A DNA stretch of 39,656 nucleotides. It comes from Actinomycetota bacterium (GTDB lineage Bacteria; Actinomycetota; UBA4738; HRBIN12). Numbering within the stretch: the first letter of the stretch is position 1; the number at the start of each line of letters is the position of its first letter. The notes beneath the pieces were generated by a model that did no database searches, was not told the DNA's origin, and was given only the letters and a program-made list of their open reading frames with translations. The position numbers and the translations under genes are program-made. Of the stretch, positions 1-8,522 are shown piece after piece. The stretch covers positions 1 to 39,656 of the forward strand of contig DATBMU010000035.1 of NCBI GenBank assembly GCA_036554665.1, given 5' to 3'.

Positions 1-12
1 CGATCAGCGAGA

Positions 13-33
13 GGACCGTGATGCGGACGGTCC
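13..33 (-). terminator. Candidate stem-loop downstream of the glycine-zipper gene
   Basis: 7-bp inverted repeat GGACCGT (13-19) / ACGGTCC (27-33) with a 7-nt loop, 10 nt past the stop at 43-45. No clear U-tract. Confidence 0.3.
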
Positions 34-42
34 GGCGGAGGC

Positions 43-393
43 TCACGACCGAACGCTACCGCCGCCTGCCGGATCGGCCCGGGGCCGGTCGGCCGCCGGC
101 CCTCGATCGTCCTCCACCGTCCACTCGCCGACGGTTCGACGCGGCAGGGGATCGTCCTCGGGGGCGGGCGGTCCGAGACTGAGGAGCGCGCCCCACAGCG
201 CCCCGCCGATCAGGCCGAGCACGGCGCCCGCGACGAGCGACCCCCACATCCCCGGCGAACCGCCTCCGAACGCGATGGCGCCGACCACGGCGCCGAGCAC
301 GGCGCCCAGGAATGGGCCGACGACCAGTCCGACCGACATCCCCTTCGCCGCTCGTGGGCCGACGCGATCGGATCGATGCGAGTCACCACTCAT
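43..393 (-). CDS. Small glycine-zipper membrane protein (hypothetical)
   Basis: 116-aa ORF. ATG at 393 has TAGGAG 7 nt upstream. GxxxG-rich hydrophobic core (GLVVGPFLGAVLGAVVGAIAFGGG, LVAGAVLGLIGGALWGALL) followed by a Pro/Asp/Arg-rich tail. GC3-rich codons. Confidence 0.6.
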   Translation of the reverse strand: MSGDSHRSDRVGPRAAKGMSVGLVVGPFLGAVLGAVVGAIAFGGGSPGMWGSLVAGAVLGLIGGALWGALLSLGPPAPEDDPLPRRTVGEWTVEDDRGPAADRPRADPAGGGSVRS

Positions 394-417
394 GGCGAAC
401 TCCTACCCGCACTCGAG

Positions 418-447
418 GTGACGCGAACGTGAAGCGGGTCGCGTCAC
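418..447. other. 9-bp perfect inverted repeat between the STAS gene and the glycine-zipper gene
   Basis: GTGACGCGA (418-426) / TCGCGTCAC (439-447), 12-nt loop. Lies downstream of the STAS stop (508) and upstream of the next SD. Could be a terminator or processing hairpin. Confidence 0.35.
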
Positions 448-507
448 GCGCGTTTGGGCACGGTTGAGGGAGGGGACATCTATGGAGCGAGAACGACGAA
501 AACGTCC

Positions 508-843
508 TCAGTTCGCTGGCAGGTCGGCCACCGAGGAGACGACGTCGAAGACGCGGTCCAATCCGGTCAGGGAGAGCACCTTCATGGGAGATCCGGCAAC
601 GCCGACGAGGAGGAACCGGCCGTCCCGTTCGCGCACGCGCTTCAGGCACGTGACGAGCATCCCCAGGCTGCTCGAGTCCATGAAGCCGACCTCGGTGAGG
701 TCGAGCGCGATCCGGACCGGCGGCTCCTCGATCAGCGGGAGGACGTGGTCGCGGAGCTGGGGCGAGGTGTGGAGGTCGAGCTCTCCGGCCACGCGGACGA
801 CGGCCCACGTGCCGGTGGTGTCCACGTCGATGACGAGCTCCAT
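508..843 (-). CDS. STAS-domain anti-sigma-factor antagonist (SpoIIAA/RsbV-like)
   Basis: 111 aa. GGAGGAGG directly upstream of ATG 843. Pattern VVRVAGELDLHTSPQLR ... LDLTEVGFMDSSSLGMLV ... LSLTGLDRVF, including the Ser-containing DSSSLG loop typical of phosphorylatable STAS antagonists. Confidence 0.8.
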   Translation of the reverse strand: MELVIDVDTTGTWAVVRVAGELDLHTSPQLRDHVLPLIEEPPVRIALDLTEVGFMDSSSLGMLVTCLKRVRERDGRFLLVGVAGSPMKVLSLTGLDRVFDVVSSVADLPAN

Positions 844-964
844 GCCTCCTCCGGAGGCTCGGCGCCGGGCACGAACACGACGAGTGGCCAGCGCGCGAAC
901 GCGCGGCAGGGCGGGTCCCCGCCGCGGGCATCATATCGGTGCCGGGTCCGCGGCTCCCCGCCGC

Positions 965-1483
965 TCATGCCCCACCACCCGGCGGCTCGTCGGATCGGGG
1001 AACGAAGGCTCGGACCCGTTCGGGCGTTCCCCGCGCGGGACCCTCGCTCGCGGATCGGGTGCTGGGCGAGGCGGACACGGCCTCCAGCACCTCGCCGACG
1101 GCTCGCTTGGAGGGATCGTTCACCGCCACGTCGCCGAGCGACACGATCCCGACCAGCCGGCCGCCCTTCACGACGGGGAGCCGGCGCACCTTGTGCTCGG
1201 CCATCAGGTCCCGCGCGTCGGCGACGTTGGAGTCCGGCGTGACCGTGACGAGCTTCGTCGTGGCGATATCCCCGAGCGAGATCTCCCGAGGGTCGCGTTG
1301 CTTCGCCAGCACGCGCAGGACCAGGTCGCGATCGGTCACGAGGCCGACCAGGTCGCCGTCCTCGTCGGCGACCGGGACGATCCCGATGTCGTGCTGCTCC
1401 ATCAGGCCCGCGGCGTCGGCGACCGACCGCGCGGGACCGAGGGTCTTCGGCGCTTCCGTCATCACGTGGCGGACGAGGATCAT
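965..1483 (-). CDS. CBS-pair domain protein
   Basis: Start moved to ATG 1483 (GAAGGAG at 1491-1497, 7-nt spacer); the track ORF starts 28 codons further upstream. Two CBS repeats (DIGIVPVADEDGDLVGLVTDRDL; VRRLPVVKGGRLVGIVSLGDV) plus a Ser/Pro-rich C-terminal tail. Confidence 0.8.
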   Translation of the reverse strand: MILVRHVMTEAPKTLGPARSVADAAGLMEQHDIGIVPVADEDGDLVGLVTDRDLVLRVLAKQRDPREISLGDIATTKLVTVTPDSNVADARDLMAEHKVRRLPVVKGGRLVGIVSLGDVAVNDPSKRAVGEVLEAVSASPSTRSASEGPARGTPERVRAFVPRSDEPPGGGA

Positions 1484-1536
1484 CGGTCGTCTCCTTCGGG
1501 TCGATGTCACCGCGCTCGCGTACCCGGCTCGCCGAG

Positions 1537-1569
1537 GGTGGAAACGATGGGTTGAGCCTGGTGGCAACG
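1537..1569. repeat. Direct repeat GGTGG(A/C)AACG x2 in the divergent CBS / topoisomerase-operon intergenic region
   Basis: GGTGGAAACG (1537-1546) and GGTGGCAACG (1560-1569), 9/10 identical, 23 nt apart. A GATGG follows each copy (immediately after copy 1, 6 nt after copy 2). Confidence 0.4.
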
Positions 1570-1611
1570 GGGAAGGATGGTGCCGCGATGGCGGACCGGA
1601 CGGGAGGATCG

Positions 1612-1875
1612 ATGAGCATCGAGGCCGTGGAATGGCTCCGGGATCGCAGGGGGCACGAGCAGGTCAGCTTCGACGACGTCGCCGATCATCTCGAGGACTT
1701 CGTCCGCGTCCGTCCCGAGACGCGAGAGACGATCGCCGCGCTGGCCACGTTCCTGGCTCGGGTCGAGGACCTCTCGCACGAGCACCAGGGTCACGGCCCG
1801 ACGCTGGGCGTCGAGGAGGACGAGGCCACGGTGCCTGGGTCGAAGGGCTCCGAGGATCTCGGCGTCGCCGGATGA
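1612..1875 (+). CDS. Small acidic hypothetical protein, translationally coupled to topoisomerase IB
   Basis: GC3 saturation begins at about 1612 (GGGAGGA just upstream); codons 1504-1611 of the track ORF are GC3-poor. Stop TGA 1873-1875 overlaps the ATG of the next gene (ATGA). The start could alternatively be ATG 1588. Confidence 0.5.
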   Translation: MSIEAVEWLRDRRGHEQVSFDDVADHLEDFVRVRPETRETIAALATFLARVEDLSHEHQGHGPTLGVEEDEATVPGSKGSEDLGVAG

Positions 1876-2903
1876 GGCTCCGCCGGGTCTCGGTCGAAGG
1901 GCCGGGGATCGTCCGGCGCCGGCGCGGCCGGGGGTTCTCCTACGAGGACACCGCCGGACGGGCACCCGACGAGGAGACGTTGGAGCGGATCCGCGCCCTC
2001 GCGATCCCGCCGGCCTGGACCGACGTCTGGATCTGCCCGCAGGACGACGGCCACATCCAGGCGGTCGGGACGGACGCGGCCGGACGGCGTCAGTACCTCT
2101 ACCACGAGCACTGGCGGACCCGCCGAGACGCCGCGAAGTTCGACCGCATGATCGCGTTCGCGAAGGCCCTGCCGGCCCTGCGCGAACGGGTCGACGAGGA
2201 CCTGCATCTGCGAGGCATGCCGAAGGACCGGGCGCTCGCCTGCGCGGTCCGACTGCTCGACCACGCGCTGTTCCGGGTCGGCTCGGAGGTCTACACGAAG
2301 CGGAACGGGTCCTTCGGCCTGGCGACGCTCCGCAAGGACCACGTGCACGTCGGCCGCCACCGGATCGTCTTCGACTTCACGGCCAAGAGCGGGAAGCGCC
2401 AGCGGTTCGAGGTGCGCGACGCCGTCGTCCGCCCCGCGATCGTGACGATGAAGCGTCGTCGCGGTGGCGGCCGGGACCTCCTCGCCTACCGCGAGGGACG
2501 GAGATGGCGCGACGTGCGATCGAGCGACATCAACGAGTACGTCCGCGAGCGCGGGGGCGACGGGTTCACGGCGAAGGACTTCCGGACGTGGCACGCGACC
2601 GTCCTCGCCGCCGCGGCGCTGGCGACGAAGGCGGAGGAGGCGACGCCCCTCACCTCGAAGGCCCGCCAGGTCTCGGCGGCCGTGAAGGAGGTGGCCGCGG
2701 CCCTCGGGAACACGCCGGCCGTCGCGCGCGCCTCGTACATCGACCCGAGGGTGATCGAACGGTTCGAGCAGGGGGCGACGATCTCGCCGACGCTCCGGCG
2801 CCGCGGGATCGACCCGCTGGACCCGGAGCTGCGCGGAGCCGTGGAACGGGCGGTCCTGGAGCTGCTCGAGGAGGAGCCCAGCTCGAGCGTTCGCGCGGCG
2901 TGA
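1872..2903 (+). CDS. DNA topoisomerase IB (poxvirus-like bacterial TopIB)
   Basis: 343 aa. Landmarks: IPPAWTDVWI, RRQYLYHEHW..RD..KF, FRVGSEVYTKRNGSFGLATLRK, FDFTAKSGK, TAKDFRTWHAT, and the active-site Tyr context ARASYIDPRV. The track ORF 939..2903 is over-extended at the N-terminus. Confidence 0.85.
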   Translation: MRLRRVSVEGPGIVRRRRGRGFSYEDTAGRAPDEETLERIRALAIPPAWTDVWICPQDDGHIQAVGTDAAGRRQYLYHEHWRTRRDAAKFDRMIAFAKALPALRERVDEDLHLRGMPKDRALACAVRLLDHALFRVGSEVYTKRNGSFGLATLRKDHVHVGRHRIVFDFTAKSGKRQRFEVRDAVVRPAIVTMKRRRGGGRDLLAYREGRRWRDVRSSDINEYVRERGGDGFTAKDFRTWHATVLAAAALATKAEEATPLTSKARQVSAAVKEVAAALGNTPAVARASYIDPRVIERFEQGATISPTLRRRGIDPLDPELRGAVERAVLELLEEEPSSSVRAA

Positions 2904-2933
2904 GCGACCCGCGCGCTGGGTAGGGATCCGGAG

Positions 2934-3137
2934 ATGAGGTTCGGACAGGCGAGGTGGTGGCTGTTGCTTGCGGCGGGGGTCGCCGCGTTCCTGATCCTCC
3001 GGCGCCGGCCCCCGCGACGCACCGGCGACGTGGTCCCGCCCGATCCCCGCCGGCAGCGCTCGATGGTCGACCAGGCCTCCGAGGACTCCTTCCCGGCGAG
3101 CGACCCGCCCTCCTACTGGGGACGGGACACCGGCTGA
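2934..3137 (+). CDS. Small single-pass membrane protein with a C-terminal SFPASDPP motif
   Basis: 67 aa. TM helix WWLLLAAGVAAFLIL followed by RRRPPRR. C-terminal EDSFPASDPPSYW is a motif I recognise from other small bacterial proteins. Confidence 0.6.
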   Translation: MRFGQARWWLLLAAGVAAFLILRRRPPRRTGDVVPPDPRRQRSMVDQASEDSFPASDPPSYWGRDTG

Positions 3138-3199
3138 TCCGACGCGTAGGTCCGGCGCCCCGGGGGTAGGCCTTCGTGGAGACTCCGAAGGAGGTCGAG

Positions 3200-3853
3200 A
3201 TGCGCACAGCTACGCAGACGGCGGTGGCCACGCCCGGATCCCCGAGCCCGCAGCGGATCCGATGGGGCGCCGTCTTCGGTGGGGGGATCCTCGGGATCGC
3301 GAGCCTGGTGCTGCTCACGGCGCTGTGGTTCGCGCTCGCGTACGGGTCGGGCATGGACTTCATCCGCGACGAGATCGAGTGGTTCGTCGGTGGATCGGCG
3401 ATCCTCTGCCTGTTCATCGCGGGCCTGCTCGCCGGTTGGCTCTCCGGCGTGCACGGGGCCGGGTCGGGGTTCTTCAACGGCGTGACGATCTGGGCGCTGA
3501 TGTTGCTGCTGACGGTCTCCGTGGGCGTCCCGGCGGTCCTGAACGTCCTGAACCTCGGCCGCGTCGAGGCGCTCGACACCACGGGCACCCTGCTGGACCC
3601 GGCCGCGGACACCGTGCTCTGGGCGACGTTCCTCGCGATCCTCGGCGGGCTGGTGGCGTCGGGCCTCGGCGGTGCGGTGGGCGGCGCGTTCGCGCGCCCG
3701 GCGAACGCGGAGCTCGTTCCCGACGCCGTGACGCAGCCGATCGTCCGTCCGGACCGGCCCGACCTCGACGACCGCACCGTCGTCGTGCACGACATCGACG
3801 ACGAGCACGAGCGTGCGAGCGAGGAGGCCGTCCGCTCCCATCGCGTCCCGTAG
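3200..3853 (+). CDS. Integral membrane protein (about 4 TM), hypothetical
   Basis: GAAGGAGG (3187-3194) lies 5 nt before ATG 3200; the track start at 3176 is a GTG inside the SD region. Four Gly-rich hydrophobic helices and an acidic C-terminal tail. Confidence 0.65.
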   Translation: MRTATQTAVATPGSPSPQRIRWGAVFGGGILGIASLVLLTALWFALAYGSGMDFIRDEIEWFVGGSAILCLFIAGLLAGWLSGVHGAGSGFFNGVTIWALMLLLTVSVGVPAVLNVLNLGRVEALDTTGTLLDPAADTVLWATFLAILGGLVASGLGGAVGGAFARPANAELVPDAVTQPIVRPDRPDLDDRTVVVHDIDDEHERASEEAVRSHRVP

Positions 3854-3868
3854 CGCGAGCGGGGACGT

Positions 3869-4783
3869 TCAGGCCGGTCGCAGCGCGGACGCGATCGAGG
3901 CGATGTCGTCCGGCGTGGTCCCGCAGCAGCCGCCGATCAGGCGCGCGCCCGCGTCGCGCCAGTCGAGCGGCCGCAGGGCCGGTCGCGCATCCTGGCGCGG
4001 AGGGTCGACCCAGACCTTGCGCACCGGGTCCCAGAACGCGCCCCGGTTCGGGTAGCACACGACCGGCCGGTCGGTGAGCCGGGAGGCGATCTCGACCAGC
4101 GAGCCCACGTGCAGCGGGGACGTGCAGTTCACGCCGACCGCGACCACGGAGGGCGAGGAGACCGCGGTTTCGACCGCCCGCTCGAACGCGGTGCCGTCGC
4201 ACAGGTGCGCGCCGTCGCGGCAGCTGAAGCTGATCCACGCCGGCAGCTCCGGGACCCGTTCGAGCGCGATCAGGAGCGCCGTCGTCTCCTCGATCGAGGG
4301 GATCGTCTCGACGGCGAACAGATCCGGGGCCGCCTCCGCGAGCGCCTCGAGGCGCGGGGCGTGGAACGCGATCAGCTCCGCCTCGCCGAGGTCGTAGTCG
4401 CCGGTGTACTCGGCGCCGTTGCCGAGGAACGCGCCGTACGGGCCGATCGACGCGGCCACGAGACGGCTCCCCGTGGCGCCGGCGGCCTCGCGGGCGAGCT
4501 CGACGCTCCGACGGAACAGGGCCCCGGCCTCCGAAGGCCCGAACCCCCGAGCGGCGAGGCCCTCGAAGCTCGCCTGGTAGCTCGCGGAGATCGCGACGTC
4601 CGCTCCCGCATCGAAGTACGCGGTGTGGACGTCGCGGATCGCGTCCGGCGCCTCGACGAGCACCCGCGCCGACCACAGGGGGTCGCGGAGGTCGAGGCCG
4701 CGACGGTCGAGCTCGGTCCCCATGCCCCCGTCGAGCACGACGGTGCCGCGCTCGGCGAGGATCGGATCGAAGGGCGTCGGCAT
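3869..4783 (-). CDS. mmuM: Homocysteine S-methyltransferase
   Basis: 304 aa. VLDGGMGTEL N-terminus, GVNCTSP and GGCCGTTPDDI zinc-ligand cysteine motifs. Confidence 0.85.
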   Translation of the reverse strand: MPTPFDPILAERGTVVLDGGMGTELDRRGLDLRDPLWSARVLVEAPDAIRDVHTAYFDAGADVAISASYQASFEGLAARGFGPSEAGALFRRSVELAREAAGATGSRLVAASIGPYGAFLGNGAEYTGDYDLGEAELIAFHAPRLEALAEAAPDLFAVETIPSIEETTALLIALERVPELPAWISFSCRDGAHLCDGTAFERAVETAVSSPSVVAVGVNCTSPLHVGSLVEIASRLTDRPVVCYPNRGAFWDPVRKVWVDPPRQDARPALRPLDWRDAGARLIGGCCGTTPDDIASIASALRPA

Positions 4784-4831
4784 CGCCCCGGGAGCCTACG
4801 TCGTGGGCGCGACCGCGGGTACGCTCGGGCC

Positions 4832-5890
4832 GTGGCCACCGTCTACGACCTCACGCTCGAGGAGCTCACCCGGCGCCTCGCGGACTGGGGCGAGCCCGCC
4901 TTCCGCGCCCGGCAGGTCTACCGGCAGCTCTGGCACCGGGCCGCGACCTACGACCGGATGCCCGACGTCCCGAAGCCGCTCCGGGCGCGCCTGGCCGAGG
5001 AGCTCCCGCTCCAGGTCGAGGTCATCGCCGAGCGGGAGGCCGACGGCGGCGCGACCCGCAAGGCCCTGCTCCGCCTCGGCGGCCGGCACGTGATCGAGAC
5101 CGTCCTGATGGGGTACCGCGACCGCGTCACGGTCTGCGTCTCCTCCCAGGTGGGGTGCGCGATGGGCTGCGGCTTCTGCGCGACGGGGCAGATGGGTCTG
5201 CGCAACAACCTGACGGCGGGGGAGATGGCGGCGCAGGTCGCCTGGGCCAAGCGGGAGGCGGCGAGGCTGCCGACGTCGACCCCGCGCCGCCTCACGAACG
5301 TCGTCTTCATGGGGATGGGCGAGCCGCTCGCGAACGAGCGGCACACCTTCGGTGCGCTCGAGCGCCTCACCGACCCGGCCGCCATGGGGATCGGCGACCG
5401 GCACATCACGGTCTCCACTGTGGGCATCGTCCCGGCGATCGGGCGCCTGGGTGAGCGGTTCCCGCAGGTGGGCCTCGCCGTGAGCTTGCACGCGGCGACC
5501 GAGGAGCTCCGCCGGGCGCTGATCCCGCCCGGCCGGCTGTGGTCGCTCGCCGAGCTCGAGGACGCGGTCGCGGCCTGGCGGGAGCGCACCCGCCGCCGTC
5601 CCTCGATCGAGTGGGCGATGATCGACGGCACGAACGACGCGGACGAGCAGGCCGAGCACCTGGTCCCGATCGCGCTGCGCCTGCATGCGCACGTCAACCT
5701 GATCCCGTTGAACCCCACGCCCGGCTGGCCCACGCGACCGAGCCCCCGGTCCCGGATCGAGGGCTTCGCGCGCGTGCTCGAGGACGCGGGGGTCACCGTC
5801 ACGATCCGCGACACGCGGGGACGCGAGATCGAGGCGGCGTGCGGGCAGCTGCACGCCGAGCTCGAGTCGTCGGTCCGGGCGGCCACGTAG
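4832..5890 (+). CDS. rlmN: 23S rRNA/tRNA (adenine-C2)-methyltransferase RlmN (radical SAM)
   Basis: GTG 4832 is in frame with track ORF 4109..5890. Motifs: FRARQVYRQLW, radical-SAM CAMGCGFCATG, MGMGEPLAN, and C-terminal IEAACGQL. Confidence 0.9.
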   Translation: MATVYDLTLEELTRRLADWGEPAFRARQVYRQLWHRAATYDRMPDVPKPLRARLAEELPLQVEVIAEREADGGATRKALLRLGGRHVIETVLMGYRDRVTVCVSSQVGCAMGCGFCATGQMGLRNNLTAGEMAAQVAWAKREAARLPTSTPRRLTNVVFMGMGEPLANERHTFGALERLTDPAAMGIGDRHITVSTVGIVPAIGRLGERFPQVGLAVSLHAATEELRRALIPPGRLWSLAELEDAVAAWRERTRRRPSIEWAMIDGTNDADEQAEHLVPIALRLHAHVNLIPLNPTPGWPTRPSPRSRIEGFARVLEDAGVTVTIRDTRGREIEAACGQLHAELESSVRAAT

Positions 5891-5944
5891 CGCATCGCCC
5901 GGGCGAGCGGGTCGATCCCGCGGCGGCTGCTAGCGTGGGCCGCC

Positions 5945-7543
5945 ATGGGGTTCCTCGAGCTCACCGACGTCGCGTACTCGTTGCCCGGAGGCTGGACCCT
6001 CTTCGAGGGCGTGAGCTTCCGCGTTCCCGAGGGTGAGCACGCGGCGCTCGTCGGCGCGAACGGGATCGGCAAGTCGACGCTGCTCCGGATCGTCGCCGGG
6101 TTCGACCGACCGACGTCGGGCGTCGTGCGCGCCGATGGACGCGTGGGTCTGATGCGCCAGTTCATCGGCTCGGACGCGAGGCCGACGACCGTGCGCGGGT
6201 TCCTGCTCGCGTACGCGGAGCCGCGGATCGCCGAGGCCGCCGAGCGGCTCACGAAGGCCGAGCGGTGGATGCACGATCACCCCGGCGAGGCCGCGCAGCT
6301 CCGCTACGCCGAGGCGCTCGCGCACTGGGGCGAGGCGGGGGGCTACGAGGCCGACGTCCTGTTCGACACGTGCACCCACGCGGCGTTCGGACAGGGGTAC
6401 CCCGAGTGCGCCGAGCGACCGATCGAGACGCTGTCCGGCGGCGAGCGCAAGCGGCTCGCGCTCGAGGTGATCTTCCGTTCGCCGTTCGACGTGATCCTGC
6501 TGGACGAGCCCGACAACACGCTCGACATCGAGGGCAAGGGGTGGCTCGAGGACACGATGAACGCGTCGGGCAAGACGATCCTGATGGTGAGCCACGACCG
6601 GACCGTGCTCGACCGCACGTGCGGGCGGTTCGTGACGCTCGAGGGCCGGTCGGCGTGGACGCATCTCGGGTCCTTCTCGGGGTACGCGGAGGCGCGCGAC
6701 GCGCGGATCGACCGGCTCGACGAGGACCACCGGCGCTACGCGGAGGAGCGGCGCCGGCTCGCCGAGATGGTGAAGGAGATGAAGCGCAAGGCCGCGTACA
6801 ACGACGGGTGGGCGTCGAAGGCCCGCTCCGCGGAGCATCGGCTCGAGCGGTTCGAGACGCGGAACGCGCCGCCCCCGAAGGCGGAGGTGCAGGACGTCCG
6901 GATGCACATCGAGGGCGGACGGACCGGCAAGGTGGCGTTGCGGATCCACGGGCTCGAGATCGCGGGCATCGTCCGGGCGTTCGACGCCGAGATCTGGTTC
7001 GGCGAGCGCGTCGGCGTGATCGGGCCGAACGGCACTGGCAAGACCCATTTCCTGCGCCTCTTGGCCGGCGAGGACGTCGCGCACACCGGGGACTGGAAGC
7101 TCGGCGCCCGGGTCGAGCCGGCGCTGTTCGCGCAGCTGCACGAGCGGCCCGACGTCGCCGACGGCCCGATCGTCGAGGTGCTCCGTCGCAAGGGCCTCAC
7201 GATGACCGAGTCGATGGCGGCGCTCCGGCGGTACGAGCTCGACCGCGCCGGGCAGAACCCGTTCGCGCTCCTGTCCGGCGGCCAGCAGGCGCGCTTCCAG
7301 CTCCTGCTGATGGAGGTCGACTCGCCGACGATGCTGCTGCTCGACGAGCCGACGGACAACCTCGACGTCGCCTCGGCCGACGCGCTCGAAGAGGCCGTGC
7401 GCCGGTACGAGGGCACCGTGATCGCGGTGACGCACGACCGGTGGTTCATGCAGGGGATGGACCGGTTCCTGTTCTTCGACGAGGACGGAACCGTCCGGGA
7501 GCTGCTCGCGTCCCCCTACGACGTGGGGGCCTCGGTCGGGTGA
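5945..7543 (+). CDS. ABC-F family ATPase (two ABC cassettes, no TM domain)
   Basis: Walker A GANGIGKST and GPNGTGKTH. Signatures LSGGERKRL and LSGGQQARF. Walker B ILLDEPDNTLD and LLLDEPTDNLD. Charged inter-domain linker. Confidence 0.85.
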   Translation: MGFLELTDVAYSLPGGWTLFEGVSFRVPEGEHAALVGANGIGKSTLLRIVAGFDRPTSGVVRADGRVGLMRQFIGSDARPTTVRGFLLAYAEPRIAEAAERLTKAERWMHDHPGEAAQLRYAEALAHWGEAGGYEADVLFDTCTHAAFGQGYPECAERPIETLSGGERKRLALEVIFRSPFDVILLDEPDNTLDIEGKGWLEDTMNASGKTILMVSHDRTVLDRTCGRFVTLEGRSAWTHLGSFSGYAEARDARIDRLDEDHRRYAEERRRLAEMVKEMKRKAAYNDGWASKARSAEHRLERFETRNAPPPKAEVQDVRMHIEGGRTGKVALRIHGLEIAGIVRAFDAEIWFGERVGVIGPNGTGKTHFLRLLAGEDVAHTGDWKLGARVEPALFAQLHERPDVADGPIVEVLRRKGLTMTESMAALRRYELDRAGQNPFALLSGGQQARFQLLLMEVDSPTMLLLDEPTDNLDVASADALEEAVRRYEGTVIAVTHDRWFMQGMDRFLFFDEDGTVRELLASPYDVGASVG

Positions 7544-8481
7544 CGCGTCGCGCGGTCGCGCTGGTCCTGCTGGGCGCGCTGGCCACCGGATGCGTGACGT
7601 CGGAGGCCATGATCCGAGGGAGCGGCCCGACCGCGGCCACGCCGACGGCCACGCCGTCGCCCTCGCCGTCGCCCTCGCCCACCGTCACGCCGACCCCGGA
7701 GCCGGGGGAGGCCCCGCCCGACCCGGACGCGGAGATCCCGGCGCGCGGAGTCGCGCTCGCCCGCGCGTTGGACGAGGCGTACCGCGCGAGGGTCGGCGCC
7801 GTCGATCGCTGGCTCGCCGACGGCGACCCGTCCGCGTGGCCGCCGCCGCGGGACGCCGTCCTGTGGACGCTGTACGAGCAGCGGATCTACCGGTACCTCG
7901 CGGCGCACGAGAAGCTCGCCGGCCGCGTGCTGGGTCGCCTCGCGCCGGAGATCCGCAGGGAGCCGGCGGCGAACGTGCACGCCGGCCGCGCCTTGTTCGA
8001 GCACTTCACGCCGGTCGAGGAGGTGCCCGACTTCCGGATCCGCAAGCCCGAGCCCGCCGACGTCCTGCTCGGTCACTTCCTCGAGGCCGAGGATCGCTTC
8101 GGGGTCGAGTGGGAGGTCCTCGCGGCGATCATGCTCGTCGAGACGCGGATGGGGCGGATCCGCTCGCGCAGCTCGGCCGGCGCTCGGGGGCCGATGCAGT
8201 TCCTCCCGGCGACGTGGGAGGCGTACGGGCTCGGCGGCGACGTGCGGGACCCGCGGGACGCGGTGCTCGGCGCGGCGAACTACCTCGCGGCGTCCGGCGC
8301 CCCGAGCGACTACCGAGCGGCGCTCCACGCGTACAACCCGGTGGATGCCTACGTCACGGCCGTGTGGCGGTACGCGAGGACGATGATGCGATCCCCCGAG
8401 TCGTACTACGCCTACTACGACTGGCAGGTGTTCGTGCGCACCGTCGACGGCGACGTCCGCCTGTCCGGACCCGGCCTGTAG
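7540..8481 (+). CDS. Lytic murein transglycosylase lipoprotein (MltB/SLT_2-like)
   Basis: GTG 7540 overlaps the ABC-F stop (GTGA). Lipobox LGALATGC. Pro/Thr/Ser linker (TPSPSPSPSPTVTPTPEP). Catalytic region VLAAIMLVETRMG ... GARGPMQFLPATWEAYG ... DAVLGAANYLA. Confidence 0.8.
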   Translation: MTRRAVALVLLGALATGCVTSEAMIRGSGPTAATPTATPSPSPSPSPTVTPTPEPGEAPPDPDAEIPARGVALARALDEAYRARVGAVDRWLADGDPSAWPPPRDAVLWTLYEQRIYRYLAAHEKLAGRVLGRLAPEIRREPAANVHAGRALFEHFTPVEEVPDFRIRKPEPADVLLGHFLEAEDRFGVEWEVLAAIMLVETRMGRIRSRSSAGARGPMQFLPATWEAYGLGGDVRDPRDAVLGAANYLAASGAPSDYRAALHAYNPVDAYVTAVWRYARTMMRSPESYYAYYDWQVFVRTVDGDVRLSGPGL

Positions 8482-8522
8482 GCGTGTCCGCGCCGGCCGG
8501 CGGGATAGATTCAACGGGGACG

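Noticed and set aside
939-2903. Over-long N-terminal extensions in the ORF track (939..2903, 4109..5890, 6265..8481, 7590..10031, 11734..13992, 17611..18519, 18078..19142, 19022..20335, 18676..20787, 20394..22106, 21737..23167, 25619..26794, 26410..27912, 33849..34802, 38213..39472)
   Set aside because: The upstream parts overlap the preceding real gene in another frame and translate to Arg/Gly/Pro junk. Family-typical N-termini begin at internal ATG or GTG codons that overlap the upstream stop or follow an SD. I trimmed the starts accordingly.
5896-5905. 10-bp palindrome CGCCCGGGCG after rlmN, and the similar CCCCGGGG at 3157-3164
   Set aside because: These are loop-less GC palindromes of a length expected by chance in DNA this GC-rich, and they cannot form meaningful hairpins.
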